Positions 8,664-16,181 of a DNA stretch of 64,000 nucleotides are shown one piece after another. Within the stretch, counting starts at the first letter, position 1. Each line of letters starts with the position of its first letter. This stretch comes from a virus. Taxonomy: Duplodnaviria; Heunggongvirae; Uroviricota; Caudoviricetes. The stretch lies in IMG/VR virus record IMGVR_UViG_3300020451_002055, one strand, 5' to 3'. Under the pieces are notes generated by a model that was given only the letters and a program-made list of their open reading frames with translations, ran no database searches and had not been told where the DNA came from. A program made the translations under genes and the position numbers.

Positions 8664-9349
8664 TGGAAGACCTGCGCGAAATCCAAACGTCTGCGTATTG
8701 GGAGGCGGTCAAACCGGGCACGATCGTCCATCTGACCGATACGCAGACGATGCTCGCCTCGATCGGAACAGGTCAGTCGCAAGACAAGAGCTTCACCATC
8801 CGCTCTGTCTGGCGAACTGAGGAACTCGGAAGCCTTTGCGTCTGGTACATCTGCCGGATGGAAGCAATGGATCATGAGGAACTGTTCCTGATCGCTAAGG
8901 TGGTCGGAGATGTTGCTGATCTTGGGATTTACTTCCCGATCGAAGGCATCGATCCCGACAATCGTCAAGGTCTTATTGATGATCAAGAGGCGTTCTGGCT
9001 TTTCCAAGAGCCGGACAACCCGGATGATCTTGATCCGCTCGAACTGGAATACACTACATCGTTCTCGCTGACAATGGAAAATGACTTCGACGGCGAGTTT
9101 GATGTCGAGTATGTTCAGACCGATGTCGGGCCGCTTCAAGCTCGAACGACTTACGATCCTCCCGAGGATGGAGTCACAGACCATTTGGCAACGGTTGTCG
9201 AGTTCGCCGCTGATACGGACAAGACAGAGAATACCCGCGCCATGATTCTCGAAATCGGCGAAGAGGACAACGAAGATGGAGGCCTTGTTACAGTTCTCCT
9301 CGGAGACCTCATCGCTCCCGATGTCGAGATCAACATCATGACCGTCTGA
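8663..9349 (+). CDS. acidic hypothetical protein, DUF4178-like
   Basis: TAATG overlap; 'VKPGTIV' start and 'LEIGE...G..I' end resemble DUF4178 (by eye). Confidence 0.65.
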   Translation: MEDLREIQTSAYWEAVKPGTIVHLTDTQTMLASIGTGQSQDKSFTIRSVWRTEELGSLCVWYICRMEAMDHEELFLIAKVVGDVADLGIYFPIEGIDPDNRQGLIDDQEAFWLFQEPDNPDDLDPLELEYTTSFSLTMENDFDGEFDVEYVQTDVGPLQARTTYDPPEDGVTDHLATVVEFAADTDKTENTRAMILEIGEEDNEDGGLVTVLLGDLIAPDVEINIMTV

Positions 9350-9357
9350 TCGAGTTC

Positions 9358-9386
9358 CGCCTGCCTTACCGGGCAGGCGTTTCTTT
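9358..9386 (+). terminator. Rho-independent terminator
   Basis: CGCCTGCC/GGCAGGCG hairpin then TTTCTTT. Confidence 0.65.
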
Positions 9387-9402
9387 CCTAAAGGAGAACC
9401 CC

Positions 9403-10518
9403 ATGCGTCTAATCGCCGCCATTGTCTTTCTCATCAGTTTCATCTCTCCCGCGATTGCGCAGGAAGAGGAAGTTCAGGACAGGAGAGCCGTCAAGGTCGC
9501 TGTCTATGAATCCGACCCGTTTGTTTCAAGGGCAGACGATGACTCGCTGACCGGATACGACATCGCTCTGATCGAGCAGATCGCATTCATCAATCAATGG
9601 AACATTTCCTATGTTCAGGTTGATAGGTTCAGCGACTTGCTTGAGAGAGTCGAAGACGAAGAAGTTGACATCGCCATCTCAAGCATCACGATCACGCCCG
9701 AAAGGGAACGATCGGTCGATTTCTCTCAACCCTATATGCATACGGGTCTTGGTATCCTTGTCTCCGAAGACAGAAGCACGACGATGAGCGAAGCAATCGG
9801 CTCATGGATTTCTACCAGAGTTCCTTTGGCGGTTGATTTGCTGACGATCTGCTTCTTCTTCATCATTGCTCTGATGTTTTGGGGCATCGTTCTTTACCTG
9901 ACTGATGAACAGCGGAAAGCTGATGCGGCTGATGAAGACGGACTGACTTTCATGGAAGTGGTTCGAGGTAGCGCGGATTCGATGTGGCTTGCCTTTACAA
10001 CCGGATCGACAATCGGCTACGGCGAAGTTTACCCGAGAAAGACCGCGGCTCGAATCACCGCTGTCTTCTGCTTCTTTACGGTTGCGATTCTCGTTAGCTC
10101 GCTGACCGCAACGATCACCTCATTCAACGTTGTTCAGCAGATCAACGTCGGCATCCAAGGCGCGGGCGATCTCAAGGGCAAGACTGTCGCAACGGTCGGA
10201 GGAACGACCAGCGTTTCTTCTGCCGCGAGGTACGGAGCCAACGTCGAGACATACGACAACATTGACCAGGCAATCGCTGCTGTCATTCTCGGGAATGCTG
10301 ACGCTGTTGTCTACGACGAGCCTCGACTGCGGTACTTCGCCAACAACCAAGGCAGGAACAAGGTCCGCTTGGTTGATACGGTCTTCGAGTCGCAGGACTA
10401 CGGCATTGCGTTCGTTCAAGGCAGCAATCTGCGGGAATCCGCCAACGTCGCCCTTCTTTCCATGCAAGACAAGGGCGAGTTGTCGGAGTTCGAGCATAGT
10501 TATTTCGGAGCGCCATGA
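9403..10518 (+). CDS. GluR0-like ligand-gated K+ channel (split solute-binding domain plus 2TM pore)
   Basis: Signal peptide, S1 lobe (PF..GYDI..ITITPER..VDFSQPY), TM-pore TIGYG-TM, S2 lobe (GTTS..VYDEP..YGIAF). Confidence 0.9.
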   Translation: MRLIAAIVFLISFISPAIAQEEEVQDRRAVKVAVYESDPFVSRADDDSLTGYDIALIEQIAFINQWNISYVQVDRFSDLLERVEDEEVDIAISSITITPERERSVDFSQPYMHTGLGILVSEDRSTTMSEAIGSWISTRVPLAVDLLTICFFFIIALMFWGIVLYLTDEQRKADAADEDGLTFMEVVRGSADSMWLAFTTGSTIGYGEVYPRKTAARITAVFCFFTVAILVSSLTATITSFNVVQQINVGIQGAGDLKGKTVATVGGTTSVSSAARYGANVETYDNIDQAIAAVILGNADAVVYDEPRLRYFANNQGRNKVRLVDTVFESQDYGIAFVQGSNLRESANVALLSMQDKGELSEFEHSYFGAP

Positions 10519-10573
10519 ACAGGTGACGCTCTAGAGGCATACAATCAATAGGCACCATTTCAAAGGAACCACC

Positions 10574-12061
10574 ATGGCTACCCCATTCAGGACCAGAATC
10601 CCTCGACTGACAGACTCATACAAGGTTTCCCATGCGGCTCAGTATCCAGACGGAACCTCCAAGGTATACAGCTACTTTGAGTCCCGAGGAGGCAAGTTCC
10701 CTGTTACTGGTCTTTTTGGCCTCCAATACATCCTCATGGCTTACCTCGAAGGCGAGGTAGCTACGCAGCGAGACATCAACCGAGATCAGCACTTTTTCGC
10801 TGCCCACTTCTTCGGGAATGGAGCCCTTCACAACAAGGCAGGTTGGCAGCGCATCGTCGATGTTCATGGCGGGCGACTGCCTGTCCGCATCATGGCGGCT
10901 CCCGAGGGAACGATCGCCCCGAACAGCAACGTCCTCTTCACCATCGAAAACCTCGATCCTCAACTCTACTGGTTGACCAATTACATCGAGTCGATCCTCC
11001 TGCATGCATGGTCGGCTTCTACCGTCATGACCGGCAGCCGCAACAGCAAGCAGATTCTCTTCAACGCTCTTGAGCGGTCTGGCGATCCTTCGGGCCTCCC
11101 GTTCAAGCTGCATGATTTTGGCTTCCGCGGCGTTTCGAGCGTCGAGACCGCTGCAACCGCTGGAGCGGCCCATCTTGTCAACTTCATGGGAACGGACACG
11201 CTCATCGCCTGCGATCTCATTGCTCAATACTATTCGGGTAAGCGACCCGAAGAAGTTGAAGCGATGAGCGATGACGAGTACGGTCGTTTCATCGCAGAGA
11301 ACATGGCCGGGCACTCCATTCCGGCGTCCGAGCATTCGACCATCACGACATGGGGCGAGGATGGGGAGATCGATGCATTCCGCAACATGCTCAAAGTCTA
11401 CCCGAGCGGTCTTGTTGCATGCGTCTCGGACTCTTGGGATATCGATCGAGCATGCAGCGAGCTTTGGCCCTCGCTCAAGGGCGAAATTGAAGCACGCGAC
11501 GGTCTTCTCGTTGTCCGTCCTGACTCTGGCGAGCCCACCGATGTTGTTCCTCGCATCCTTGGTCATCTCGCCGAGGGATTCGGATACACGACCAACAGCA
11601 AGGGCTTCAAGGTTCTGCATGATCAGGTCCGCGTCATTCAAGGCGACGGCATCGACTTCGACAGCATCTCGACCATCCTCGATGCGGTCATGGATGCAGG
11701 TTTTTCTGCCGACAACATTGCCTTCGGATCTGGCGGCGGACTGCTGCAGAAGGTCAACCGCGATACGCAGCGGGTTGCCATCAAGTGCAGCCATGCGATC
11801 ATCAATGGCGAAGAAACGGATGTTTTCAAGCGTCCGAAGACTGACCCGACAAAGGACAGCAAGCGAGGAAGGCTCGCTCTCGTTCAGACTCATGACGGCC
11901 TCGCTACGGTTCAGGAATCGGATGCCGACAATTACGCTGGCGGCAACCAGTTGATCGAGGTCTTCAACAACGGCGAGGTTTGCAACCTGCAGTCGTTCTC
12001 TGACATTCGTCGTCGGGCGGAACTTCCTGAGGTTGCTGAACTGTCTGCCGCTACTGCCTAA
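10574..12061 (+). CDS. nadV: nicotinamide phosphoribosyltransferase
   Basis: TDSYKVSH, LHDFGFRG, PASEHS, VSDSWD, VRPDSG, IQGDG, FGSGGGLLQ motifs. Confidence 0.96.
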   Translation: MATPFRTRIPRLTDSYKVSHAAQYPDGTSKVYSYFESRGGKFPVTGLFGLQYILMAYLEGEVATQRDINRDQHFFAAHFFGNGALHNKAGWQRIVDVHGGRLPVRIMAAPEGTIAPNSNVLFTIENLDPQLYWLTNYIESILLHAWSASTVMTGSRNSKQILFNALERSGDPSGLPFKLHDFGFRGVSSVETAATAGAAHLVNFMGTDTLIACDLIAQYYSGKRPEEVEAMSDDEYGRFIAENMAGHSIPASEHSTITTWGEDGEIDAFRNMLKVYPSGLVACVSDSWDIDRACSELWPSLKGEIEARDGLLVVRPDSGEPTDVVPRILGHLAEGFGYTTNSKGFKVLHDQVRVIQGDGIDFDSISTILDAVMDAGFSADNIAFGSGGGLLQKVNRDTQRVAIKCSHAIINGEETDVFKRPKTDPTKDSKRGRLALVQTHDGLATVQESDADNYAGGNQLIEVFNNGEVCNLQSFSDIRRRAELPEVAELSAATA

Positions 12062-12083
12062 TCAACCTGACGGAGGCTCGCTG

Positions 12084-12818
12084 ATGGATAATGTCTTTCT
12101 CAAGAGCGTTCAGTCGTTCATTACTCGCTTCCCTGAAGGCAGGACTCCTTGCTCGTTCTTTGTGACAGGCGGAGGATTCAGTCTGCTCGACATCGGAAAG
12201 GTGCCGGGAGCAAGTAAGGTTTTGGCTGATGCGTACATTGCGTACCATATGCTCGAAGAGATTGCTGTCCTCAATACCGTTGTTGCGGATCATACCGACA
12301 AACTGACCAACGGAGACATCGGCTTCGTTTCTCCATGGACTACTTACTGGTATGCCCGAGCTATGATGGCTCGGCATGCTGCGACTATTCCTGATGCTAC
12401 GATTTGCGTTGTCAATGCGAGCCTGACAACTAATCGGTGGCGTCGAGGAAAGAATGAAGCTTTCTTTGCTGTTGTCAACAGACCAGTGGACAGCAAAGAC
12501 GGCGAAGTTCGCATGTTCAGACTCGATATGGATAAGCTTGAGGAGGACGAATACGCCCGAATCGAGCATCAACATCAAATCGCTTTGTCGGGTCTTTCAG
12601 ATCCGAGCCAAGCCCCTTTGCATCCGATCACACAACGCCGCGCCTTTGAAGATGAGAAGGTTGCTCAGGTTGCTATGGGACTTCTTCTTGAAGACCCAAC
12701 GCTCGTCCGCTTGATCGAGCATAGCGAAGCTGTCTATCCAATCGAGATTGAAGGCGATCCCACAAACCCCGAAAGCTTCGTCCCTCAGTTGGACGCGCCA
12801 TGGACAGCAAGGCCCTGA
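12084..12818 (+). CDS. CinA/PncC-fold-like protein
   Basis: VTGGG..VPGAS..Y..VS..A.AM..SL...RRG pattern like the N-terminal domain of CinA-like/cytidylyltransferase fusion proteins. Confidence 0.55.
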   Translation: MDNVFLKSVQSFITRFPEGRTPCSFFVTGGGFSLLDIGKVPGASKVLADAYIAYHMLEEIAVLNTVVADHTDKLTNGDIGFVSPWTTYWYARAMMARHAATIPDATICVVNASLTTNRWRRGKNEAFFAVVNRPVDSKDGEVRMFRLDMDKLEEDEYARIEHQHQIALSGLSDPSQAPLHPITQRRAFEDEKVAQVAMGLLLEDPTLVRLIEHSEAVYPIEIEGDPTNPESFVPQLDAPWTARP

Positions 12819-12819
12819 T

Positions 12820-13464
12820 ATGCCCAAGATGACGCTCGAACAAGCCCATGCTCGCGTTCAGCGAGACTCCCTCTTTGCCTTCGTCTACGACGACGGCTTT
12901 GCTCAGCCGGTCTACGACCTTGAGGCCCCCTGGGTCGAGCGAGAGGTTCATTTGCTGCCCGGCAGCTTCAATCCGATCCATCGAGCCCATGAAGCGATGT
13001 TCGAGCAGATGCGAAGGAACGGCATCTACGCAGCCTACGAGATCAGCATGGAGCGGATCGACAAGGAGTTCCTGACCTACGAAGAACTGCAGGCACGACT
13101 TGTTCAGTTCAACGGTAAGGGTCCGGTCCTTGTTGACCGCTGGCCCTACTTCATGCAGAAAGCGGGTATCCTCCGCAACTGGAACCTGACTTTCCATGTC
13201 GGCGTTGATACTGCCATCCGGCTTGTCGAGTCTCATGGGATTGCCGGAATCCAAGGAATTGCGGCTGATTTCGTCGTCTACGACCGCATTTGGGAAAACA
13301 GACGGCAAGGCCTCGGAAGCTGCATGGTCTTCGCCAACCGGACTCCCTCGAACTTTCGACCCGGCAATACGCCTGATGAGACTCTTCTCGGGTTGTCTTC
13401 TACTGCTATCCGGGCGGGTCATCAGACCCCGGACGGCAGAGCAATCGCCTCAGCGACCAACTGA
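12820..13464 (+). CDS. NMN adenylyltransferase-like (cytidylyltransferase superfamily)
   Basis: LPGSFNPIHRAH (HxGH-like), F..KA, VGVDT, LSSTAIR. Confidence 0.85.
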   Translation: MPKMTLEQAHARVQRDSLFAFVYDDGFAQPVYDLEAPWVEREVHLLPGSFNPIHRAHEAMFEQMRRNGIYAAYEISMERIDKEFLTYEELQARLVQFNGKGPVLVDRWPYFMQKAGILRNWNLTFHVGVDTAIRLVESHGIAGIQGIAADFVVYDRIWENRRQGLGSCMVFANRTPSNFRPGNTPDETLLGLSSTAIRAGHQTPDGRAIASATN

Positions 13465-13495
13465 AGATTTCCGCGAAAAAAAGTTGGATTGGGGA

Positions 13496-13523
13496 TTGAC
13501 AACCGCCGCAAGGCGGTTATTCT
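13496..13523 (+). promoter_or_regulatory. sigma70-like promoter of the ncRNA/tRNA operon, with a palindromic spacer
   Basis: TTGACA-N16-TATTCT; AACCGCC-GCAA-GGCGGTT inverted repeat spans the spacer. Confidence 0.6.
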
Positions 13524-13788
13524 TTGACCTCATGCCCTCGGTTGGGCATACGAAACGGAGTAGACTATGCGACCCGCCAACGACATCCCGAACCCCGCCA
13601 AGGGGACAGGGCCGTGCCTTGAAAAAGGCACAGTCGGCGTTGATCGCGCCTCCGTCGATAGCAGCGATCAACTCTGATACCTGCTCCCCTCCGACCAAAA
13701 ATCTGGTAAAGCTTGAAGGATTTTTCGCAGCTTTGCGTGAATCCTTACGCTACCCCTCAACTTCATGACGAAGTATAGGGACCGACGC

Positions 13789-13806
13789 AGCGACCTACCA
13801 ATCGCT
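13789..13806 (+). repeat. 18-nt hairpin repeat, copy 1
   Basis: AGCGA-CCTACCAA-TCGCT, identical at 16694-16711. Confidence 0.85.
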
Positions 13807-13859
13807 TAGTCAGAGACAAATACTGATCAGCAGGTGAAAGCCTGGTTTGGTATATTGCA

Positions 13860-13923
13860 GTTTGGGTTGAAGAATCAAGGTTATCTTGACAATGGCTCCT
13901 TGGTTCAACTCCCTTACCCAAAC
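13860..13923 (+). ncRNA. Y RNA-like #1 (minimal hairpin type)
   Basis: GTTTGGGT(T)GA pairs with TTACCCAAAC (bulged U); pyrimidine-rich bulge; GAATCAAGG/CCTTGGTTC; GGTTATC motif. Confidence 0.8.
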
Positions 13924-13928
13924 GTCAT

Positions 13929-14002
13929 CAGAGTGTAGCTCAGTTTGGCAGAGCGTCTGGTTCGGGGCCAGAAGGCCGGAGGTTCAAATCCTCTCACTCT
14001 GA
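13929..14002 (+). tRNA. tRNA-Pro(CGG)
   Basis: CAGAGTG/CACTCTG, TCTGG-TTCGGGG-CCAGA, GGTTCAAATCC. Confidence 0.93.
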
Positions 14003-14019
14003 CTTTTGAAAACTGAATA
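14003..14019 (+). promoter_or_regulatory. boxA-like antitermination motif
   Basis: CTTTTGAAAACTGAATA; recurs at 14877, 15360 and 15502. Confidence 0.6.
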
Positions 14020-14030
14020 AAGGACGAAGT

Positions 14031-14222
14031 ATGGATGCAAAGAGAGCATTGTTAGACGTAGCAGACCGGGCACTAACTCATCAGTTCATCATGTCGAAAA
14101 GACTGAAACCGGGTGAGTTCCTAGAACGGTATACTACGGCAGAAGAACGAGAAGCTTTGAAAGGCCTCAGGAGTGAGGACGCTCAAAGCCCTCTAAGACA
14201 CATGCTTGATTTGTATCGATGA
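14031..14222 (+). CDS. small hypothetical protein
   Basis: AAGGA RBS, 63 aa. Confidence 0.6.
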   Translation: MDAKRALLDVADRALTHQFIMSKRLKPGEFLERYTTAEEREALKGLRSEDAQSPLRHMLDLYR

Positions 14223-14227
14223 ACGTA

Positions 14228-14387
14228 GGAGGTTTGGGCAGTAAGTTGCGATGAGAACCGTTGCGATCCGGGGACTTGAGAGACTTACCTCTCCCCGGTC
14301 GAGACACCCCACATCGGCTGGCACGTTGCTCAACAGTTCGTTGGAAGTCGAGGTTTGGATACCTCGATAGACCAGCCTCAAACCTCC
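14228..14387 (+). ncRNA. orphan structured RNA (~160 nt)
   Basis: Closing helix GGAGGTTTGGG/CTCAAACCTCC; inner helices CCGGGGA/TCCCCGG and TCGAGGT/ACCTCGA; no credible ORF. Confidence 0.55.
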
Positions 14388-14403
14388 ACAACATAAGGAT
14401 CAG

Positions 14404-14598
14404 ATGATGCTTGGAAGCCTCATTAGCAAAGACACCGAAAGGCAGATCGCCGTAGCAGTTCGAGCGGCGAGCCTCGCTAAGGCAGCAGAATCTCTCGCAG
14501 TTGCGTCATCCAATGTCGCAGCCGCAGACGAGCGTCTCGCTCAAGACCTTCGGGTCACAGTCGGTCGTTTGCATGATGAAGTCAAAAGCCTCATCTGA
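14404..14598 (+). CDS. small hypothetical protein
   Basis: TAAGGA RBS, helical 64 aa. Confidence 0.6.
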   Translation: MMLGSLISKDTERQIAVAVRAASLAKAAESLAVASSNVAAADERLAQDLRVTVGRLHDEVKSLI

Positions 14599-14605
14599 TC
14601 CTAGA

Positions 14606-14679
14606 CAGGGCGTAGCTCAGCTTGGTAGAGCGTCTGGTTTGGGACCAGAAGGCCGCACGTTCGAATCGTGTCGCCCTGA
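14606..14679 (+). tRNA. tRNA-Pro(TGG)
   Basis: CAGGGCG/CGCCCTG, TCTGG-TTTGGGA-CCAGA, GTTCGAATC. Confidence 0.94.
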
Positions 14680-14683
14680 TTGA

Positions 14684-14887
14684 ATGGCAAGTATTTGTTC
14701 GAAACATCAAGAGTATGATCCGGATTGCGATCTATGCAAAGTAGACCTTTCTGATAGTCCTCTGTTTCAACAAATGCATGCCGAAGCAGAAGCAGCAGGC
14801 ACGCATGTCTGCGAGGAATGCAAGTTCCTCTATTACAAGACTGTCGATTCATGTCCGCTCTGCGGTCATCGACGGATTGACAACTGA
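14684..14887 (+). CDS. small zinc-finger protein
   Basis: CSKH, CDLC, CEEC, CPLC. Confidence 0.7.
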   Translation: MASICSKHQEYDPDCDLCKVDLSDSPLFQQMHAEAEAAGTHVCEECKFLYYKTVDSCPLCGHRRIDN

Positions 14888-14900
14888 ATAGACTTTTGAT

Positions 14901-15072
14901 CTGTAGGAACCTGTTTAGGCAGGGAAATAAGGCCGGTATTACCAAACCTCGGTACACGGTCGCGAGCCTGAGGAAGGCAAGCCTGTCGGAGTAAGCTCCC
15001 GATTCTGTCCAAGAGTAAGAGGTTGTGAGGACGAGCAGATCAAGCAGTCTACGGGATAAAACCCGTCTACTG
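14901..15072 (+). ncRNA. orphan structured RNA (~170 nt)
   Basis: Follows a boxA-like motif; hairpins CCTGT/GCAGG, AACCTC/GAGGTT, TCGGAG/CTCCCGA, ACGGG/CCCGT. Confidence 0.45.
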
Positions 15073-15078
15073 CTTTCA

Positions 15079-15138
15079 TGGGCTGAAGAGTCAAGGTTAA
15101 CTTGGTAATGTTGCACCCTTGCCTCACTAACTTGCCCA
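15079..15138 (+). ncRNA. Y RNA-like #2 (minimal hairpin type)
   Basis: TGGGC(T)GA/TTGCCCA; GAGTCAAGG/CCTTGCCTC; GGTTAAC motif. Confidence 0.8.
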
Positions 15139-15146
15139 GACAATCA

Positions 15147-15227
15147 AAGATCGGACTGAAGAATAGAAGGTTAACTTCAATTTTGATTTGAAACCCAACA
15201 CCCTTCATTCACTCCTTGTCCGTTCTT
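15147..15227 (+). ncRNA. Y RNA-like #3 (minimal hairpin type)
   Basis: CGGAC(T)GA/TTGTCCG; GAATAGAAGG/CCTTCATTC; GGTTAAC motif. Confidence 0.8.
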
Positions 15228-15230
15228 GTT

Positions 15231-15359
15231 AGCGACGTAGCTCAATTGGTAGAGCGCCTAAAAGGTCTTCAACCAACGCCTTACCCGGCACGGGTTGATG
15301 GAATTGAAGGTTATCGCATGTGGAGCGGGAGGTTGCAGGTTCGAGTCCTGTCGTCGCGA
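15231..15359 (+). ncRNA. Y RNA-like #4: tRNA scaffold with Ro module in the anticodon arm
   Basis: Acceptor GCGACG/CGTCGC, D arm GCTC-AATTGGTA-GAGC, T arm GCAGG-TTCGAGT-CCTGT; insert TTACCCG-GCA-CGGGT(T)GA, CTTCAA/TTGAAG, GGTTATC. Confidence 0.85.
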
Positions 15360-15377
15360 TTGAAAAACTGAATACAA

Positions 15378-15502
15378 CGCAACGTAGTTTAACGGCAAAA
15401 CACCTAAACATCGTTGTCCGCCCCTTACCCGATTCGGGTTGATGGAATTGACGGTTATCCTCTATCAAAGGGGTGATCCAGGTTCGAATCCTGGCGTTGC
15501 GT
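15378..15502 (+). ncRNA. Y RNA-like #5: tRNA scaffold with Ro module in the anticodon arm
   Basis: Acceptor CGCAACG/CGTTGCG, D arm GTTT/AAAC, T arm CCAGG-TTCGAAT-CCTGG; insert TTACCCG-ATT-CGGGT(T)GA, GGTTATC. Confidence 0.85.
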
Positions 15503-15523
15503 TTGAAAACTGAATAGACTTTT

Positions 15524-15626
15524 ACGGGTTGAATGCAATCGTTTATCGTTGGTTCAAGTCCAATCGCCGTTCTGCGGCGTAGCCCCAACTCAGGCGAGGG
15601 GCATTCGAGAGCAGTACCTTACCCGT
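15524..15626 (+). ncRNA. yrlA: Y RNA-like #6: canonical YrlA topology
   Basis: Ends form ACGGGT(T)GA/TTACCCGT; order is T arm (TTGG-TTCAAGT-CCAA), loop-closed acceptor stem CGCCG/CGGCG, then D arm GCCCC/GGGGC. Confidence 0.85.
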
Positions 15627-15630
15627 TTTT

Positions 15631-15761
15631 CGTGCAGTAGCTCAACAGGTAGAGCGGCAGTCAAAAAGGTCCATGACCGATTTGCTTGCTCGTTTCGAGT
15701 TGAAGGTTGATGGTTATCTATCGCAAAACTGCTTGTGGAGGTTCGAGTCCTTCCTGCACGA
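15631..15761 (+). ncRNA. Y RNA-like #7: tRNA scaffold with Ro module in the anticodon arm
   Basis: Acceptor CGTGCAG/CTGCACG, D arm GCTC/GAGC, anticodon-stem GCAGT/ACTGC, T arm GGAGG-TTCGAGT-CCTTC; insert TTGCTCG-TTT-CGAGT(T)GA, GGTTATC. Confidence 0.85.
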
Positions 15762-15764
15762 CTT

Positions 15765-15836
15765 CGCGGAGTGGAGAAGTAGTAACTCGCTTGGCTCATA
15801 ACCAAGAGATCGGTGGTGCAAATCCATCCTCCGCTA
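15765..15836 (+). tRNA. tRNA-Met(CAT), initiator-like
   Basis: C1 mismatch in CGCGGAG/CTCCGCT, CTTGG-CTCATAA-CCAAG; atypical T loop TGCAAAT. Confidence 0.85.
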
Positions 15837-15848
15837 TTTTGAACATTG

Positions 15849-16108
15849 CAGGCGATTCTGCGATCGCCGGTTAGGGTAAGATGCACGCAGCAGAAGGTTC
15901 CTAGGGATACCGAAGTGCGTCCGGCGGCAAAGAGAACGCAGAACTCTACCGTCGAGACGAGGACACATCTGCTAGAGAGCCAGGTGGGGAATCTGGTTGT
16001 AATGTTCAGAAGCATGACGAGCCGCTTGCGAGACGCAAGGGTTTCTGCAGAGATCGGACCGATCCTAGGCAAATCCTAGGGGTAGGCCCCAAACAGGAGT
16101 ATCGCCTG
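15849..16108 (+). ncRNA. orphan large structured RNA (~260 nt)
   Basis: Closing helix CAGGCGAT/ATCGCCTG; inner helices GATGCAC/GTGCGTC, AGCCAGGT/ATCTGGTT, TTGCG/CGCAA, CCTAGG/CCTAGG. Confidence 0.55.
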
Positions 16109-16181
16109 TTCTCGTCATTTCAACATACCCGGTTGACCTCTACCTGAAAGGGATACGTCAATAATGGCCGGGTTTACATTT

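Noticed and set aside
13567-13677. tmRNA tag-like 'AND' reading frame
   Set aside because: No Ala-Ala stop ending and no tRNA-Ala-like termini.
15231-15761. Intron-containing or selenocysteine tRNAs
   Set aside because: The inserts are far too short for self-splicing introns, show no clear bulge-helix-bulge or anticodon, and match the free-standing Y RNA cores.
13860-15761. CRISPR array suggested by recurring GGTTGA…GGTTATC motifs
   Set aside because: The repeats are degenerate, irregularly spaced and covary as RNA helices; no cas genes are present.
16127-16174. Small stem-loop ACCCGGTT…GGCCGGGT before tRNA-Asp
   Set aside because: It is a real-looking hairpin but has no Ro motif or recognisable family; insufficient support to call.
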